A DNA stretch of 63,333 nucleotides, filler included, from Perkinsus chesapeaki ATCC PRA-425 (Eukaryota; Protista; Perkinsozoa): NCBI GenBank assembly GCA_013115145.1. It is 9 parts of 9 records of this genome, joined end to end, with 100 filler letters (N's around TTAATTAATTAA, not from the genome) between each part and the next. Parts side by side here need not be neighbours in the genome. Positions count along the whole stretch, not along the records: positions 61,754 to 63,333 come from JAAPAO010001883.1; 8 more parts are not named here. One strand, written 5' to 3'. Position numbers and translations under genes: made by a program. This document shows positions 61,754 to 63,333 of this stretch, piece by piece. The stretch's first letter is position 1. The number at the start of each line of letters is the position of its first letter. A model generated the notes under the pieces. The model made no database searches, was not told where the DNA came from, and was given only the letters and a program-made list of their open reading frames with translations.

Positions 61754-63333
61754 ATATCTATCTATATATGATTACCCAATAATAGTTGATAAAATAATAA
61801 TATGAAAATATAAATAATACATTAACCTCTACCAATAGATAATATTATATATTATAATACATATAATTAATATATAGAAATGATAGATGAATATTGATAA
61901 AGTAGATAGAGATATTTCCTAATAAGAATATACCTCTATAAATATATTAATAACGACCATAGATGATCCTCATAATCTATAATTTATAGATTTAATATAT
62001 CGATATATCATTATTCCCAATTATTTATATTTAATAGTATACAATAAATAATATGATAATTTTATATAATGTAATATATTTATATTAATAATGGCCAGCA
62101 GTGTATATTAAATATTATATAAACTAATCCATATATTATATATTATACCAATAAATAGATATATTATTCTAAGGATATAGCACTAATAATATATAATCAT
62201 ATCATATGGATTATAATCTAATGAGATATATTGATATTAATAGTTAATATATAAATAAATTACCATATGTTATATAATTATTATATATAATTAAATATAG
62301 GGTATTTCTATATCAATAATCTATATATATATAATAAATCTATCAATATTATACATTATATACTATTTATTAATGTTATATTTATTATTATATATTCTAT
62401 TAGATATTTATAATTATAACTTATATGTATATATATTAATTACTAGATAATAATTTATAACAATAGATCTAATATACATATATAATATATAATTAATACC
62501 TTAGAACATTAGATTACCTTTATTATATATCTAGCTAATATAAATATAATGTAGTCATTAATATATAATTAATAGTATACATAACCTAATATAAAGTATA
62601 GATTAATATATAAACTAATAGTACTATATTATAATAATAAGGACATAAATTATATATTAATAGTATATATTATCTAATGATTAGATTTATAATAGATCTT
62701 CATCTCAATGGATTTATATTAGCTTTTTATTAATCTTTATATACTTATAATTATAGATTAAATTAATAATAAATAGTATACCCAGCAACATAGATAATAT
62801 AATATACAAGCTGGGTATAATAGATATATAGATTAAATATATAGATAAAATATATAGTAAATAATAGATAATGTAATAATATATTATATTTAATCTTTAA
62901 TAATGATATTATATTATAATAAGATAATAAATTTATAAATAATTAAATACTATATCTGATATAGGGATCTATGATATAATAAGATATAATCAACTAGTTA
63001 ATATAATCATTTATATAATAATAATGCATTAGTTATATATTATTAATTATATACAGTACCACATATCTATTAATAATATGGGATAATATTATAACTATAG
63101 CTTTATATGATAAATACCTAATATTATAATTATTATAATTATAGATGGATAAAATATAATAATAACGACTATAATAAGATATATATATTATATAAACTAT
63201 TAATTATAAGTATATAATATTACTAGATTTATTAATATAAGATAATATACTGTATAATACATATAATATTATAAGTAAAGGAATGATATAATATATATTA
63301 TAAATATTAGATATCAATAGAATATAACCAGTG
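61754..63333. other. Extremely AT-rich contig (roughly 10-15% GC by eye), candidate mitochondrial DNA
   Basis: Composition is far below the rest of the window; no long ORF; isolated GC-rich islands and one perfect hairpin. No cox/cob motif could be read. Confidence 0.4.

Overview
Eukaryotic, intron-dense genomic DNA, most consistent with a Perkinsus-type alveolate. This is inferred from the alveolate-like RPS14 C-terminus ([11 protein letters not shown]), many ~45-nt GT-AG introns and a flagellar gene; the species cannot be confirmed. The window is nine separate contigs joined by artificial 100-nt N-TTAATTAATTAA-N linkers, so adjacency across linkers means nothing. Recognisable host genes: a VAMP7-like longin SNARE, a cytochrome P450, a ~15-kb CCDC180/CFAP76-like flagellar gene, an RCC1-repeat protein, RPS14, SFT2, a Ser/Thr mucin-like repeat protein and an NmrA/isoflavone-reductase-like oxidoreductase. 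There are four tRNA genes: two Tyr with a 9-nt intron, one Asn and one partial Thr. The CCDC180-like gene carries a young full-length LTR retrotransposon inside one splice donor and a tRNA-Tyr antisense in another intron. The best candidates for something new are (1) a coiled-coil plus four-domain group-1 truncated globin with an (AB)2 architecture and alternating distal pockets, (2) an apparently intact Ngaro/DIRS-like tyrosine-recombinase retrotransposon with a CCCH-finger Gag, and (3) the LTR element with non-canonical ends and a start codon inside its primer-binding site. The last contig is extremely AT-rich and may be mitochondrial DNA. All exon structures and alignments were done by eye.
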